NCBI GenBank assembly: GCA_029717555.1
Contig: JAMDHS010000017.1
Coordinates: 62,001 to 126,000, forward strand
Reading direction: 5' to 3'
DNA length: 64,000 nucleotides
Origin: Peribolospora baueri
Taxonomy: Eukaryota
Below are positions 49,905 to 62,400 of this stretch, in pieces (positions within the stretch are counted from its first letter, which is position 1; the number at the start of each line of letters is the position of its first letter). The position numbers were made by a program, and so were the translations under genes. Below the pieces are notes generated by a model that saw nothing but the letters and a program-made list of their open reading frames with translations, was not told where the DNA came from and did no database searches.

Positions 49905-52418
49905 ATGACCGACACCCTCCCCGCCTCCGCCTCGGCCCCCTCTACCTCCGTTCCATGGGACGAGCAGATCGTCCCCGCCCTCCGTCGCCGCCTCGAAGAA
50001 GAGTCCGAGTTCCTCTCCAAGCGCCTCAGCAGGCTCAGCGCCGGTTCCGAGCTCGCCAGGGTAGCCGGCAGCGGCAGCCAAGGCACAGGTTTTGGGGTTG
50101 GCATTGGAGGCAGCGGCGGCGGGGGCCGAGCGGTCGGGTCGACGGTCGACTACGCTGCTACCGGACTGAATGGTCGGCCAAAAAGAGAAAAGGGCGTCGA
50201 CGTGAACGAGTTCGGCGTCGTCCCTTCCGCCGCCCCCTCCTCCGCTACTCTTCCAGCCGCAGCGGCGACGAACGGCAAGACTCGTCCGTCGCCCAGGCCC
50301 GGACACGATACCCCTTCGGATGGTTTCTATACCCCTTCCGATCCAGTAGAGCCGGCTCGCTCTTCCTCCTCTCGCTCCCATCGGCCCCGGCGCACCACCG
50401 AAGCCGCCAACGCCGCTACGGCGTCTGCCATCTCCGCGGCCAGGAGTCGGGCGCGAGAGCTGGCCAAGAGACAGAGTGGCGGTGACAGTCCGGAGCACGT
50501 CTCTTCCCCTCACGCACCGTCTCCCTACGACCATGGCCACGGCCACGGCGGGTCGTCGAGGCAAGCGCCGCCGTCGCCAGCGTATGACTACGGCAATGCC
50601 GAGGACGCGCTCGCTGCTTACTTCGACAATGCTGGTGTTTCCGCCAGCGGAGCTGGACTCGCACCGTCACGTGTCGATGACGCCTCGGCACACGGCGGAG
50701 GGACAGGGACAGGGACAGGGACAGTGGCCAACGGCGGCGCCAGTTTCAGGTCCGCCCGGGCGAGGACGCAGAGCCAGCCTCAGCTTTTCACACCGGCCTA
50801 CCGATCTCGGTCCGGAAGCGTTGGCGTGGGCGGCAAGACCGGGACCGGACGCTCAGCTCAGGCTGCTATGCCTTCGAGGATCCCTCAACCTTCTCCAAGA
50901 GTTCTGACCACCGGCCTCCCGCTGTACCAAGAGGGGCAGCAGCGCGCAACGTCCCCGCGTTCGTCCAAGAAGCGACAGCACCAGCCTTCTCGTATCCCTA
51001 CCCCGACGGGGGCTTTATCTTCCCAACGCAGTACCAGCTCCCTGCGGTCGCTGCGCTCCCAGAGCTCTATGGAGAGCAGACCGAAGCAGCAGCAGCAGCA
51101 ACAGCCTGACGACGCCAGGCAGCCTACTTCCGGAGGAGCAGCGCTTATGCCACCGCCACAGGCCGCGGCGCCCTACAAGCCCCTGACGACGACGACCGAT
51201 CGCAACCATCGGATGGGTGATTTCGCGTTCCCTATCTCCTCCTCGCCCGTCGACCGGCAGGGCGACTTTGACCACGTCGACGCCTCCACGCCACCGCCCA
51301 AACTGGCGACCACACCCGGCTCCCCGGCCTCTCCGCCGCTACCCACGACGCCGCCGACCGGGTACCGGTCTCCGCGCGAGAAGCGCAAGAGCATCGACGC
51401 GGAGCAAGCCATGCTTCTTCATGAGTTTGGGCCGTTGGGAGGAGGCATAAGCCCACAGGACCACCGGTCTAGGACCGTACCCGCGATGGGCATCCGCGGA
51501 GGAGGCAGGCGTGGAAGGAGCGGAGAGGAAGACCAGAATTATTCGGGTGCGAGGAGGGTGTCCCCGACCGCCATGCTCGGAGGCGGACGCCGCAGTTCCC
51601 CGGAAGAGGACAAGGATGCGAAGCAGCAACGCAGGGCGGCGAGCAACGACCAGCTGAGCCGAACCGCCGTCGCCACCGCTGCCACCGCCGCCTCCGCTGC
51701 TACCGTCGCCACCGGTGGAGAATCGGCGGCGATGCGGGAAAAGGCACACGCACGCTCGCGTTCCGACTCGCGCGAGTTTAACCGGTTCGCCTCGCCTCCT
51801 TTACCCGAACGAGATCGAGATGGAGAGCGCTCGCGCGAGCCCCAGCCGCCGTGGATCCAGCCGGAGATCCACACCCTCACACCTTCTTCCTCTGGGGTTT
51901 TGCCTGCCCACTCATCCGCGTCCCCGAACGGCGGTGGCATCAACTGGGATGAGGTGACGATCCCCGTCGTCGCCAAGCGACTGGAGCAGGAGCGCATGCT
52001 CCGCGACGATCCGAGGCTCTCCCGCGTCGAGGGACTCATCGAGACGTGGGACAGGGACGGCGCGCCGACGCCGTGGGGCGTGAGGCGTTGGACGGACAAG
52101 AGGAGGGGACCGTCGACGACGGGCGGCGAGAAGGGGGACGACCCAGACGGTCATCATCAGGGCCTCAACGTGGGCACGGCGCTAGGCGGAGAGAGCGTGG
52201 ACGACTTGTCCGCCCAAGCTGCCGCCGCCGGCGCTCGTCGACGCGCCCTCGGACCCGGTGGAGACGAGGCGTTCCACCTCCAGAATCTGCACCCCGACGG
52301 GGCGCGATACCCCCACGTGCAAGCTTCCAGCGGCGGCGTCGTTCGTAACGACGCCGCGGGCGCAGCGGACGAGGAGAAGGACGTGGGGTCCGGGTGCTGC
52401 AAGTGTGTCGTCATGTGA
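49905..52418 (+). CDS. Uncharacterised 837-aa disordered protein with C-terminal palmitoylation/CaaX motif
   Basis: Single long ATG-started ORF, Ser/Pro/Arg-rich, ending in GCCKCVVM*; repeated WDE-x2-3-P-x3-[RK]RLE motif. Confidence 0.8.
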   Translation: MTDTLPASASAPSTSVPWDEQIVPALRRRLEEESEFLSKRLSRLSAGSELARVAGSGSQGTGFGVGIGGSGGGGRAVGSTVDYAATGLNGRPKREKGVDVNEFGVVPSAAPSSATLPAAAATNGKTRPSPRPGHDTPSDGFYTPSDPVEPARSSSSRSHRPRRTTEAANAATASAISAARSRARELAKRQSGGDSPEHVSSPHAPSPYDHGHGHGGSSRQAPPSPAYDYGNAEDALAAYFDNAGVSASGAGLAPSRVDDASAHGGGTGTGTGTVANGGASFRSARARTQSQPQLFTPAYRSRSGSVGVGGKTGTGRSAQAAMPSRIPQPSPRVLTTGLPLYQEGQQRATSPRSSKKRQHQPSRIPTPTGALSSQRSTSSLRSLRSQSSMESRPKQQQQQQPDDARQPTSGGAALMPPPQAAAPYKPLTTTTDRNHRMGDFAFPISSSPVDRQGDFDHVDASTPPPKLATTPGSPASPPLPTTPPTGYRSPREKRKSIDAEQAMLLHEFGPLGGGISPQDHRSRTVPAMGIRGGGRRGRSGEEDQNYSGARRVSPTAMLGGGRRSSPEEDKDAKQQRRAASNDQLSRTAVATAATAASAATVATGGESAAMREKAHARSRSDSREFNRFASPPLPERDRDGERSREPQPPWIQPEIHTLTPSSSGVLPAHSSASPNGGGINWDEVTIPVVAKRLEQERMLRDDPRLSRVEGLIETWDRDGAPTPWGVRRWTDKRRGPSTTGGEKGDDPDGHHQGLNVGTALGGESVDDLSAQAAAAGARRRALGPGGDEAFHLQNLHPDGARYPHVQASSGGVVRNDAAGAADEEKDVGSGCCKCVVM

Positions 52419-53165
52419 GGCCGAAGCCGAAGCCGAGGCTCGTGCGATGCGATGCGTGCGAGCGAGCGAGCGCGGCATTGTGTGTTTCCCCAACCACGTT
52501 CGTTCTTTTCTTGTCTCCCTCCGCCCGCTCGCTCGTTCCTTTTTCGCGCCACTCTCAAATTCGCCATTTTCGTCGTTCGTCTGTTTTCATTACCCGTGCC
52601 TTCTTTTTTCTTTTCTTTCTTTCTTCTTCCTACTCGTCGTGTCTTCTTGATCCCTCGTTCTATCGATGAACTGTTTTCTTTCTTTTCTTTTCTTTTCTTT
52701 TTTCCGATCGCTATTGATTTATCGCCCAACCCGCTCTCGTCGCTCCCTTGTCTTTTCGCATTTCCCCTCCCCCCCCCCATGTCTCTCCCTCCGCATCTCT
52801 CTCACCCGGCTCCGCACTACGAGTTCCTCGCATTTCCCCCTTTTCCATTTTCTCTTCTTCTTCGGAGCCCCACCATACCGGTGGGATTGTACTGGTACCC
52901 AGGAACTTAATTACCTCGAATGGGAGGACGTACACCAGAACTGACGCTCACCCTTCCCTCAACCAGAGATCATACGTCCAGGCACGGCCGGGCGTACAGG
53001 TGATAATAGACGGGACTTGAAAGAGACGTCGTCGTTACGGTTCGTCAGCGGGCATACTGAAACACGTGAAACACGAAGCTAACTAAGGGCGCATCTGCAG
53101 AACCGTCTGCCGGGGAAGAGATGGAATAGTACCTGCCGCACACCGTTCGAGAGATCGCGACGGGA

Positions 53166-53166
53166 A

Positions 53167-53201
<35 letters not shown>
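53166..53201. repeat. (AAAG)9 microsatellite
   Basis: Directly visible. Confidence 0.95.
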
Positions 53202-53202
<1 letters not shown>

Positions 53203-53495
53203 AAAAGGCACAGAAAGGCGGAGGGGCGAGTAACTACAGGCAGGTGAACTCGAAATGCCGGGACAAGCAGATGGATGGCTATGGAACAAATATCGAAACG
53301 ACCTATGGACGAGAAGGGAAGATGAGTGGGAAAAAGCGACCATGGCGACGATTGAAATGAAATGCATGCAAGAGTCAGGAATGCGAAGTCGAGACAGCGG
53401 GCGAGTTGAGGTGGAAGAAGCGAGAAAACGTGGATCGAATGCTGTAAACGGAAGAATGGCCGGAAAAGACAAAGAAAAGAAATAAAGGTTGGAGA

Positions 53496-56400
53496 TCACT
53501 TGGCCACCGCCACCGCCAAGGTCTCGCTCGCCGTGAACACTCCACTACCCGCAGTCGATGTGCCGGGAGGGCTTGCACCGCCATTACCGCCACCTGCACC
53601 CACTCCACCAGGGTGGTCCACTGGGCCTCCGCGCCTCACGCCGGCCGAAGCGAGGCGAAGACCGACCTTGGACAGGACAGAGCACACCTCCACCTTGTCG
53701 ACCGGCTTCGTAAGAACTTCGTCGAACACCGTCCCTTCTGCCGACACGGCCGTCTTGCTCTCGACTGTCAGGGCGACCACCGGCGTCTCCATGTTGGCGT
53801 TCCGCGTCGACTTAATCATCCGAGTGACGTCAGAGCCGTTCACTGCAGCAAGGCAAAATGTCGTGAAGATTAGTCGGGAACGACCTCAGTGAACACGTGC
53901 CGTCGATTATCCGCTGAGGCTACGTTACTCACCGATGGGCAAGGTCACGTCAACGAAGAGCACAGCAAATTTGGTGTCGCCCATGGCCAACTGCAGCGCC
54001 TCTTCACCGTCGCTCGCAAAAGTGCAATGCAAACCGAGCTTGGCCAAGATGGTCTCCAGCATAGTGCACGAGATTGGGTTGTCTTCTGCAACGAGACATT
54101 CCAGCGGGCGATCCACGCTCGACAACGGATCGCCGCCGGTCAGCTCGCCTTGTGTCGACGCGGGATAGACCTGCTGGATGTCCGCCAATTCGCTCGTCTG
54201 AACTGCGCCCGTGGCCTCCGCCCAGTTGTCGGGGAGTGCCGGCCGCTCCACGCCCGATAACGAAGACGAACGAAGACGAGCGGGCAGGGAGCTCCTGCGC
54301 GACACTTCGCTCTCAGCCAGTTGGGACCGCTTCCGTTCGACTCCAGTCTGCATGTGCTCAGAGGGGCGGCGGAAGTGAGCACTGCCTGCACTTCCACTCG
54401 CCCCCGTCGGCGAGGTTGGTGCGGTTGAACGAGATGGCGTCGAGCCGTACGATGAGGCCGAGGTCGACGGCGATGGCGGGTTCGGCTTTCCGTCTTGGCC
54501 TGGCTTGGGAAGCTTAATTCTCCCAGAAAGACTACGCCTTCGCTTGTGCGCGGGCGCTTGCTCGAAAGCGTGGGTAAAAGGAAGCATCTGCTCTCCTTTC
54601 ATCTTCATCTCCCGAATGACATCGTCGTTCGCCTGCTTGAGCACCGGAAGGTTCTTGAAGCTGAACGAACCGAAGTCATCCTCCTGGTCCTGCGAAATGC
54701 CCGAATGCTCACGCTGAGGTCGAGAAGGCAAAGGTCCCGAAAAGGCGGCCTTTTTCTTCTCGATGGCCTTGGCAAATTCGCTCATGTCGGCCCTAAGGAG
54801 GTTACTGGCCTCCCCATCTTGCTCGTCCTGGAAGAGCTGATGAAGAGCGCCACGAGCGTCGAAGTAGTCCGTGCTCTCAGGGTCGGTGATGGCAGGTACG
54901 AAAGGAGGGTCGTCTTGCATGACCTGGTCCCAATCAACGCCTCTGAAGAAGGGATGGATCCTGATCTCTTCGGCTCCGCCGGATCCCAACCGCGCCTTCG
55001 GATCGCTACACATCAATCTCTCCATGAGATCGCGAGCTTCGTCCGACAGCTCGATGTCGTCATCGTCGAAGTTGATCCTCCTGGAGACTATATTGTCGAA
55101 GACCTTATCCGGCGTATCGGCGTGGAAGGGGGGGTAGCCAAAGATGAACTCGTACAGTATGACGCCGAGCGCCCACTTTTGGGAGAGAAAGGGAAGAGGT
55201 CAGCCTCTCGGACCGACAACCTCAGCTCACGAGGCAGAGCAAGCACTCACCCAGTCGACCGCCATATCGTCCATGCCCAAACCGAGAATGCTCTCTGGAG
55301 CCAGATAATCTGGCGTACCCACGAACTTCTTCAGCTTGGTGCCTGAATCGTCCTTTTGCGCGCCCATGGAACCGGCAGCCGCGTGCATGCTTGCCCAGAA
55401 AGAGTTGCTAGGGCTCTCAGAGAGACCAGTGGTCGGAATACGGTGGTGCCGAGGAGCGCTGTCGGAGCCGCTCGAGTCGCTAACATCCGTCGAAGCACTG
55501 ACGATGCGGTGCCGAGATCCCATCTTGGTTGCAAAGAAAGATTGCGAGAGCCCTGGCGTTCCTTGAGGACCGGAGAAAGGCGACGCAGGGAATACGCTCT
55601 GGGAGGACGACCGACTACGTGCGTCCATTTCGCCAGACCCCGAGCTGGAGCCTGTCGACTTGGACAAATGCGTCCCCGTCTGTCGAGTCTGTCGCCCTAG
55701 TAGACCGATCTTCGATAGACCGAAATCGGTCAACTTCAGGTGGCCTTTCTGATCGATCAACAAGTTATCAGGCTTCAAGTCTCTGCAAAAAAGTTCGAAA
55801 GAGAGAGAAGGTACCGATGAGACACGTGCAAGGCAAGTGACGCGACCTACGACCGGACTCTCACCTGTGCACGATGCCTCTCTGATGTAGATGATCGATG
55901 CCTTGCACGACCTCGGCGATGTAATGCCGTGCCCAATCTTCCGGCAGACCTCCAAGCGTCTTGATGAGCGAGGCGCAGTCGCCACCCGGAAGATACTCCA
56001 TGACGAGATAGAGATAATCCTTGCTCTGAAACGTGAAGAACAGCCTGACGACAAACGGGGACTCTGTCTGCGCCATAAGGATCATGCGCTCGGCCCGGAC
56101 GTTAGTGATCTGGTTCTTGGCGATCATGTCCGACTTTTTCAGCACTTTGATAGCAAAGTAATCGCCCGTCGTGACCTTTTTGGCGAGGAAGACGGACCCG
56201 AAGGCACCCTTGCTGATGGGCTTGATCACGTCGAAATCCTTGATCGAAGCCGCTGTCGGACGGGAGGTGGGCGGAGCCGAACCGATACGGGGCGAGAGAA
56301 CGGCGGAGGTGATCATCGGGCTGCGGGTCATGGACGAACGGCGGTGAACCGGCATGATAGGATCAGTCGGCGAGATCCCGGGAGACATGGGCGGCGTATG

Positions 56401-59400
56401 CTGCAGATTGGGTTCGAGAAGGCGCGAGGCGCGGCGCGAGTGACAGGACCGCTCCTTCTGACTTCCGCTCGCACTTGCGCTGTCATTCGGCGAAGGAATG
56501 TCTCGGTGCGCTGCGCCGCGGTGACCACCGGCGGGGATCGCGATTGGCGCCGTAGGAGGAGCAGAAGTCGTAGGAAGACTTGGGAACTGCTCGCGGCTTT
56601 GGGCCGACGGCGGGAACGAGTACTGCGGGTCCCACAGGGCGCTGCCAACGTTCTCCAACGGCGTCGCGCTTTCTGCGCCAACGAGAGACGATGGCTCCGC
56701 TTCACCGATGGGCAGATTCGGCACGTCTTCGTCGGACCTTGTGTCCTCCTTTTCCTCCGGCAGAGCGGCGAGGGCGTTCTGAGCCTGCTCTTCGAGGTCC
56801 TGTCGCTCCCTTTCGACGTAAAGCATCGTGTTGACCATCCGGTTGACTGCAGCCCGCTTGGCGCGCACGGCTCGTTCCGTGTCGCTAATGAGATGGTGCA
56901 GTGCTGCGTCGTCGACTGAGGGCTTCTGCCACCGCCGAGCCTGTTCCATACGCTGTTCTGACGTGGGCGTGAGCAGCCGCTGCTTCTCTATGGGCAGATT
57001 CGCGGTGTCTTCCTTGACTCCGGGCGTGGAGATGTCCAGTGCAACCTGCAGAATGTCCAAGCACTGGTCGAGAGCACGGACGTAAGCCTTGCGGCTGGCC
57101 TGATGGCGAGGCGAGAGCGGCCCTTTCAGGGCTTCGAGCGCCGTGGGCGGTAGCACGGGCGGCATACGAATCGCCACGCCATGGTACTCCGGCTCTTCGC
57201 CCGCCTCGCCGCGGTTCACCGTCTCGATGATGCCCTTGACGGTGGTGCGCAGATCGGAAATAGTCTCGTTGGCCTGACCGACCTCCATCTCCAGCAAGTG
57301 GACCTCGTGACAGATCTCGCTGTGTCGCTCGAAGAACCACGCGGCGATCTCGCGCTCGCAGATGCGACACAGCAGGGGTTTAACCGCAGCATGTTCGCCA
57401 GCGATAGCCCGCGGGACTGCAGGGTCGCTCATAGAGCGTTGATGAAGGCCCAGAGCGGGACGGACGAGCTTGGCAGGTTCGCCTTCGACGCCGGGGGCCA
57501 CTTCGATGGTGGGCACCTCCTTGACGATCCACATCGTGTGCGAGTGCTCGCCCGTCTCGCGATCCCATACGAGCATACCTTTGCCCTCCATGCGCACCTC
57601 GATGGTTTCCTCTTCTTCTCCTTCTTCCTCCTCCTCCTCCCCGTCGGCTAAACTCCGCGACCGGGTAAGCTGTAGCCGAAAGCTAACCTCGATGGTGTGC
57701 TGGTCGTCTACCGTGAGGTGGTGAATGGCGTCGGGGAAGACATGAGCATCTCGAGGATCGAGGATATCCGAGATGGGAAGGCCAAAAAGGGCAATGGGAT
57801 TGAGCCTGTGGAGACAAAAGAAGGGGGAAGCGACGAGTACATCAGTCTCCGCAATTAAAACTGGTTCAGAACCGCCGCGAGTACTACTCACCCGTCAGTC
57901 ACTTTCTCCAACGCCGGGCTGATGTACAGAATCTCGCCATCGAGACCGAGCTCCATCAACACGTTGGAGCTCCTGGCACGCTCCGCAGCGGCTTTGGGGT
58001 CCATAGCCGCAACCACGGCATCCCTGTCCTCGACAAGCGGAGGCGAGAGGACCATCGAGTCCTGCGGCTCTCCCGCGCCCTCCTGAGGTGTCACCGCGGG
58101 AGACGAACCATGCGAGCTGGGCGCCCTGAAGCCGGTATCGAGATGAGAAATGCTGCGATGCCGGAAGGGGCTGGAGGCCACCGACTGAGTCTTGGGGAAC
58201 GACGACGATGACACCGCCGCCGCCGAGTCCTGTTGGTCGCTGCGGGGGTACGAGTCGCTCGGGACGAACCGAAGCGGTTGTGAATCCTCCTCGTACTCGT
58301 CGTCAAAGTTCCAGAAGCCCTTCTCGGCGTCCCACCACTCCACGACTCTGCTGAGACCGGCCACAGCCAGCAGCGTGCGAATGTACCACACTCGACCGGG
58401 CCATTCGGGTTGCTCGTCCCAACTGCGTCCCACTTCCTGGATGTGGGTGATGATGTCCGAGATGTGGACGACGCCAGAGATCATCAGGGTGATGGGCGTG
58501 TCGATGACCTCCATGGCAATGGAGACGATTTCTTGCATCGGTGCAACATATGGCTCTCGCTCTCTCGGCTCGGCGGGAAGCAGGCGACTCTGACGCATGG
58601 GCGACCTGGTGGGCGACTCTGGTGGGGCAGGAGGCATCGGAGACCGTGACCGGGAGTGGGACCTCGAGCTCGAACCGGAGCGAGGCTGCCCGGCGCTCAA
58701 CGTCCGGGACAAGCGATGCTGCGGTGGTCGCATGAGCTTGGCGCCAGAAGGCGGCGGCCGACCTCGCCGACCGGAGGTTGAAAGCCGCCTGTGCGGTGGA
58801 CTGGTTAGACGATAATCGCGCGGAGAGCTCCCAAGCTCGGGCTGCCGAGTGGACAAAGGGCTAGGCGTGAGAGGGCCATCGTCAGCGGCGAGGTCGCGTG
58901 AGGCTGAAAGAAATGGAAGACGAGGTGGCGCGACGAGAGTCATCAGCGAGGAGGGTCACAGAAAGACAGCGAGAAAAAGACGCGCCCACCGTGCAAAAGG
59001 GTCTCATCATCAGTGATGTCCTCAACATCGCCCTCCGTCTTGGAGCGAGATCTCACGCCATAAGCGATACCCAAAGCGTCAGCTTCATCATCTGCATCGT
59101 CCGTAGCCTCGCCAGGCACAACTTCTTCGATCTCCAAACCCGCATCCAGCTCCAAAGTGTCCTCGACCAACTGGTTGATCTCGAAAACGACCTTGCGCAG
59201 CTCCTTGTCGCAGCTGTCCTTGGCGCTAGCGAGGCGGTGCCGGATGTGCCGCCGAATGGAAGCCATGGTCATGTCCTGGGCGGGGTGAACTGGCGTTTGC
59301 AATCCGGATTTGGGCGCCTCGCAGAGAGGTTCCGACGGAGAAATGCCAGATGGCGGGGGCGCCTCACGAGTCCCGGCGTCCCAACTTGGCCTGCCAACAT

Positions 59401-62400
59401 CGAGCTGAGCCCTACTTAGGACGGGCGAAACCTGACGGCTGACGGCGGCGGACCGCTTCGAGAACGAAGCAGAACCAGAGCCAGAGCCAGAGCCGAGATC
59501 GGGATCGACGAAGCCAGCAGAGCTCGTGGCGGACGACGAAGACAACGGCGATTTGCGCGGTGCTGCGCCTTCCAGTCCGGGAGCGCCGAACGAACTCATG
59601 CCACCCTCGAGGTTGAGGGACAAGTTGGGCTGCCGCTTCTTGCCACTCCCGGCAGTGGCGGCCGTATCCTCGCTGGTCGATGACGCCGTCCCAGACTCTT
59701 CGTGTTCGTGTTCGGAGGGCCAGGCTGGCGAAGGCTGCACAAACGGCGACTGTGACCACGAGGAAGTAGACGCGATCGGCGCGGCAGGTGCCAAGGGACG
59801 ACGTTGCGAGCTCGTCGGACCGGTCGATTTGAGCTCCTGGACGGACGTGGGAGAGCGGAGCTTTTTGATGACCGTAGGCTGAGAAGGCACGTCCTGCGAA
59901 GCGCGAGGTAAACTGTGCATCTCAGGGGCGTTGGGCACGGCGCCAAAGGTGTCATATGCTGACGACGTCGGGGCGGTGGGCGTGGATGGGACGCGCCGCA
60001 CCGGCTGGCCCGCATAAGCCGAGTGGCTCGCAAGCTGACTGTGCTGGGAAGAATAGGCGTCCGCGTGCGCTCCGAATCCCGTCTTCACAGCGTTCCACCA
60101 AGACTCGATCTTGGAGCTGACCTTGCTCGCCTTCCTCTTGCCTGAGACGCTACCAGGCGAGCCGGACGAGGAGAGAGTGGATCCGGCGCTGACGATTCGC
60201 GAAGTGATGGGCGAGCCGTAAGCGATGCCGCGCAACGACCTTTCGCTCGGAGGTCGGCCGCCAGGGGAGGAGGTGGAGGCAGAGACGGAGGCGGAAGCGG
60301 ACGGCAGGCGAGACGACACGCTCGGGCCGAGGTCAACGCGCTGGGAGGCCAGGGAAGAAAAGCTCTTGCGAGGTTCGACGCCGCCTTCTCGGATCGTGGG
60401 ATGCCTGGTGGTGACGGGGGAATGTGACCTGGACGAGACGGTCTGGGTAGAGGAGAAGGATGACTTGCTGTCGGCGTGACCGAGACCGAGGATGGGCGAA
60501 TGTTCCACACTGCCGCTATCGGTCCGAGCGTGGGCACTGCCAGAAGCGCGCGTCTCGCCAGTTTGTTGAGACGACTCGGCCTCGGAAGCGGCAGTGGCGG
60601 CGGCGGCGGCCTTCTTGCGCGCCTTCTCCTCATCCTCGGCTCGCATCTTTGCCTCTTTCATCTTGCGATACTCGTCCAGCCAGTCCACCCACTCGATCTC
60701 CTTTACCTCGCCAGTGGTCCCGGTCAAGTAGCCACCTTCCCCTGCGCTCAGATCCAGATCCACGGGGTCCGCCGCCACCTCCTCCGACCTGCGCGAAACG
60801 GCGCCGCTGGACAGATGATCGTGCATCCGAGCGCCGGCGTCGCGGCCGATGAGGGGAGAACCCCACATGCTCGCCAGGCTGTCCCGCCTGTCCAGCGTGG
60901 GCGTCGTTCCCGCGGCAGTGCTCCCGCCGGTCGTCGCGCCGGAACCTTGATCGGAAGATGCAAGCCCGCTTCCGCCTCGCTGCATCGGCGTGCTCCGTCC
61001 CGCTGAAGAAGATGACGGTCGACTGGAAGAAGAGGAAAGGCCGAGCTGGGCTTGCCCCTGACCCTGTCCCCACCACTTCCTCATCTTGGCCTGACGACTC
61101 TCGGCGATGAACCTGCCAAACTCCCTCGCGTCGGCGCTCTTGGCGCCCGGAGACTCGCTGCCGCTCGCTAACCGGGGCTGGACGATGGGGGGTCCGGGTC
61201 CAGGGACGCCGACCGCGAGTTGACCGGGTTGCGCGTCCGAGCCACTGAAGTTGGACAAGAAGGAGTGGGAGGACTGAGAGGTGATCACGGGGCGAGAGGT
61301 GGGGCGGCGAGGACCGTTGTCGACGAGCCGAGTAGTCGCGCTCATCGCATCTGCCATGCTCTCGACGGTAGAAGGCGGTGGCGGCGTCGAAGAGGGCGCA
61401 GGAGACAGTCGGTGACCGCGCCACGAGGACGGAGCGTGCTCCGAGTCGGACGTTGCGCCGCCGGAGGCCGAACCCGCGACGACGCCTCCCCAGGCCACTT
61501 CGACGCCAGGCATGGTGACGCTACTCCGATGTCGCGAACGAGCCGTCGAGGGCGCTGAAAAGGTGGTGACGAGGGGAAACAGGGGCGAGAACGCCGAGGT
61601 CAAGGAGGGCGTTTCCTGGCCCTTCTTCGAGACGGGACCTGGCGGCGGCGGCATGGCTGCGGGAGAGCCGGAAGAGGAGGAAGGCGGCTGGGAAACGGCA
61701 TTGGGAGGCCACGCGAACACGCCGGCCGAAGTTGGAGAAGAGACGGGCGTCTTCGCAGGAGCCGCCTCGGAGGCCTTCCGGGAATTAGAACGGATGGCGA
61801 GATGTGAGCTTGCGGAGGATCCAACCGAGAAGGACAGCGGCGCGGGGGTTGGCGAGGGCTCCCCGTTGTCGAGTGGCGATGGGTTTCTCGTCGCAGCAGG
61901 CGTGACTGGCGCTTGGAGGGATGCCACGGAGAGGCTGCCAATGTCGGGACCGGTGCCGAGGGTGGACGAATGGGGAACTGGGGGAGCCGACCCTCCGCCG
62001 CCGCCTGCCCAGGGAGGCGCTGACTCGGAAGCAGCGCTGCTCGGGCTCGCCGACGCCAAGGAGATGACGGTTGTAGGCGGAGGCGGGACGAGAAGGTCGC
62101 CCGCCAGGCGGACGGCGGTGGGCACTCGCTGAAGGCGGATGGACTCGGACAGCTGGCCCGGCGGTCGCGGCATGCCCGATTGGACAAAGAAGGAGGCAGC
62201 GCCACCGGAGCTCAACGAGGCTGAGACGCCTTGAGCTTGAGCGAGAGACTGGCTGCGAACGCGTGTACGATAGGGGTGCGGGGTGGGTGCGACGGGAGGT
62301 TGGGTGGGCAAGGCATCAGAAACAACCGAGGTCGGCGGCGGAGCTTCGGGCGAGGGTGCTCCGGGAAAGGCGAAGGGCTCAGAAGGGGAACCGGACGGAG

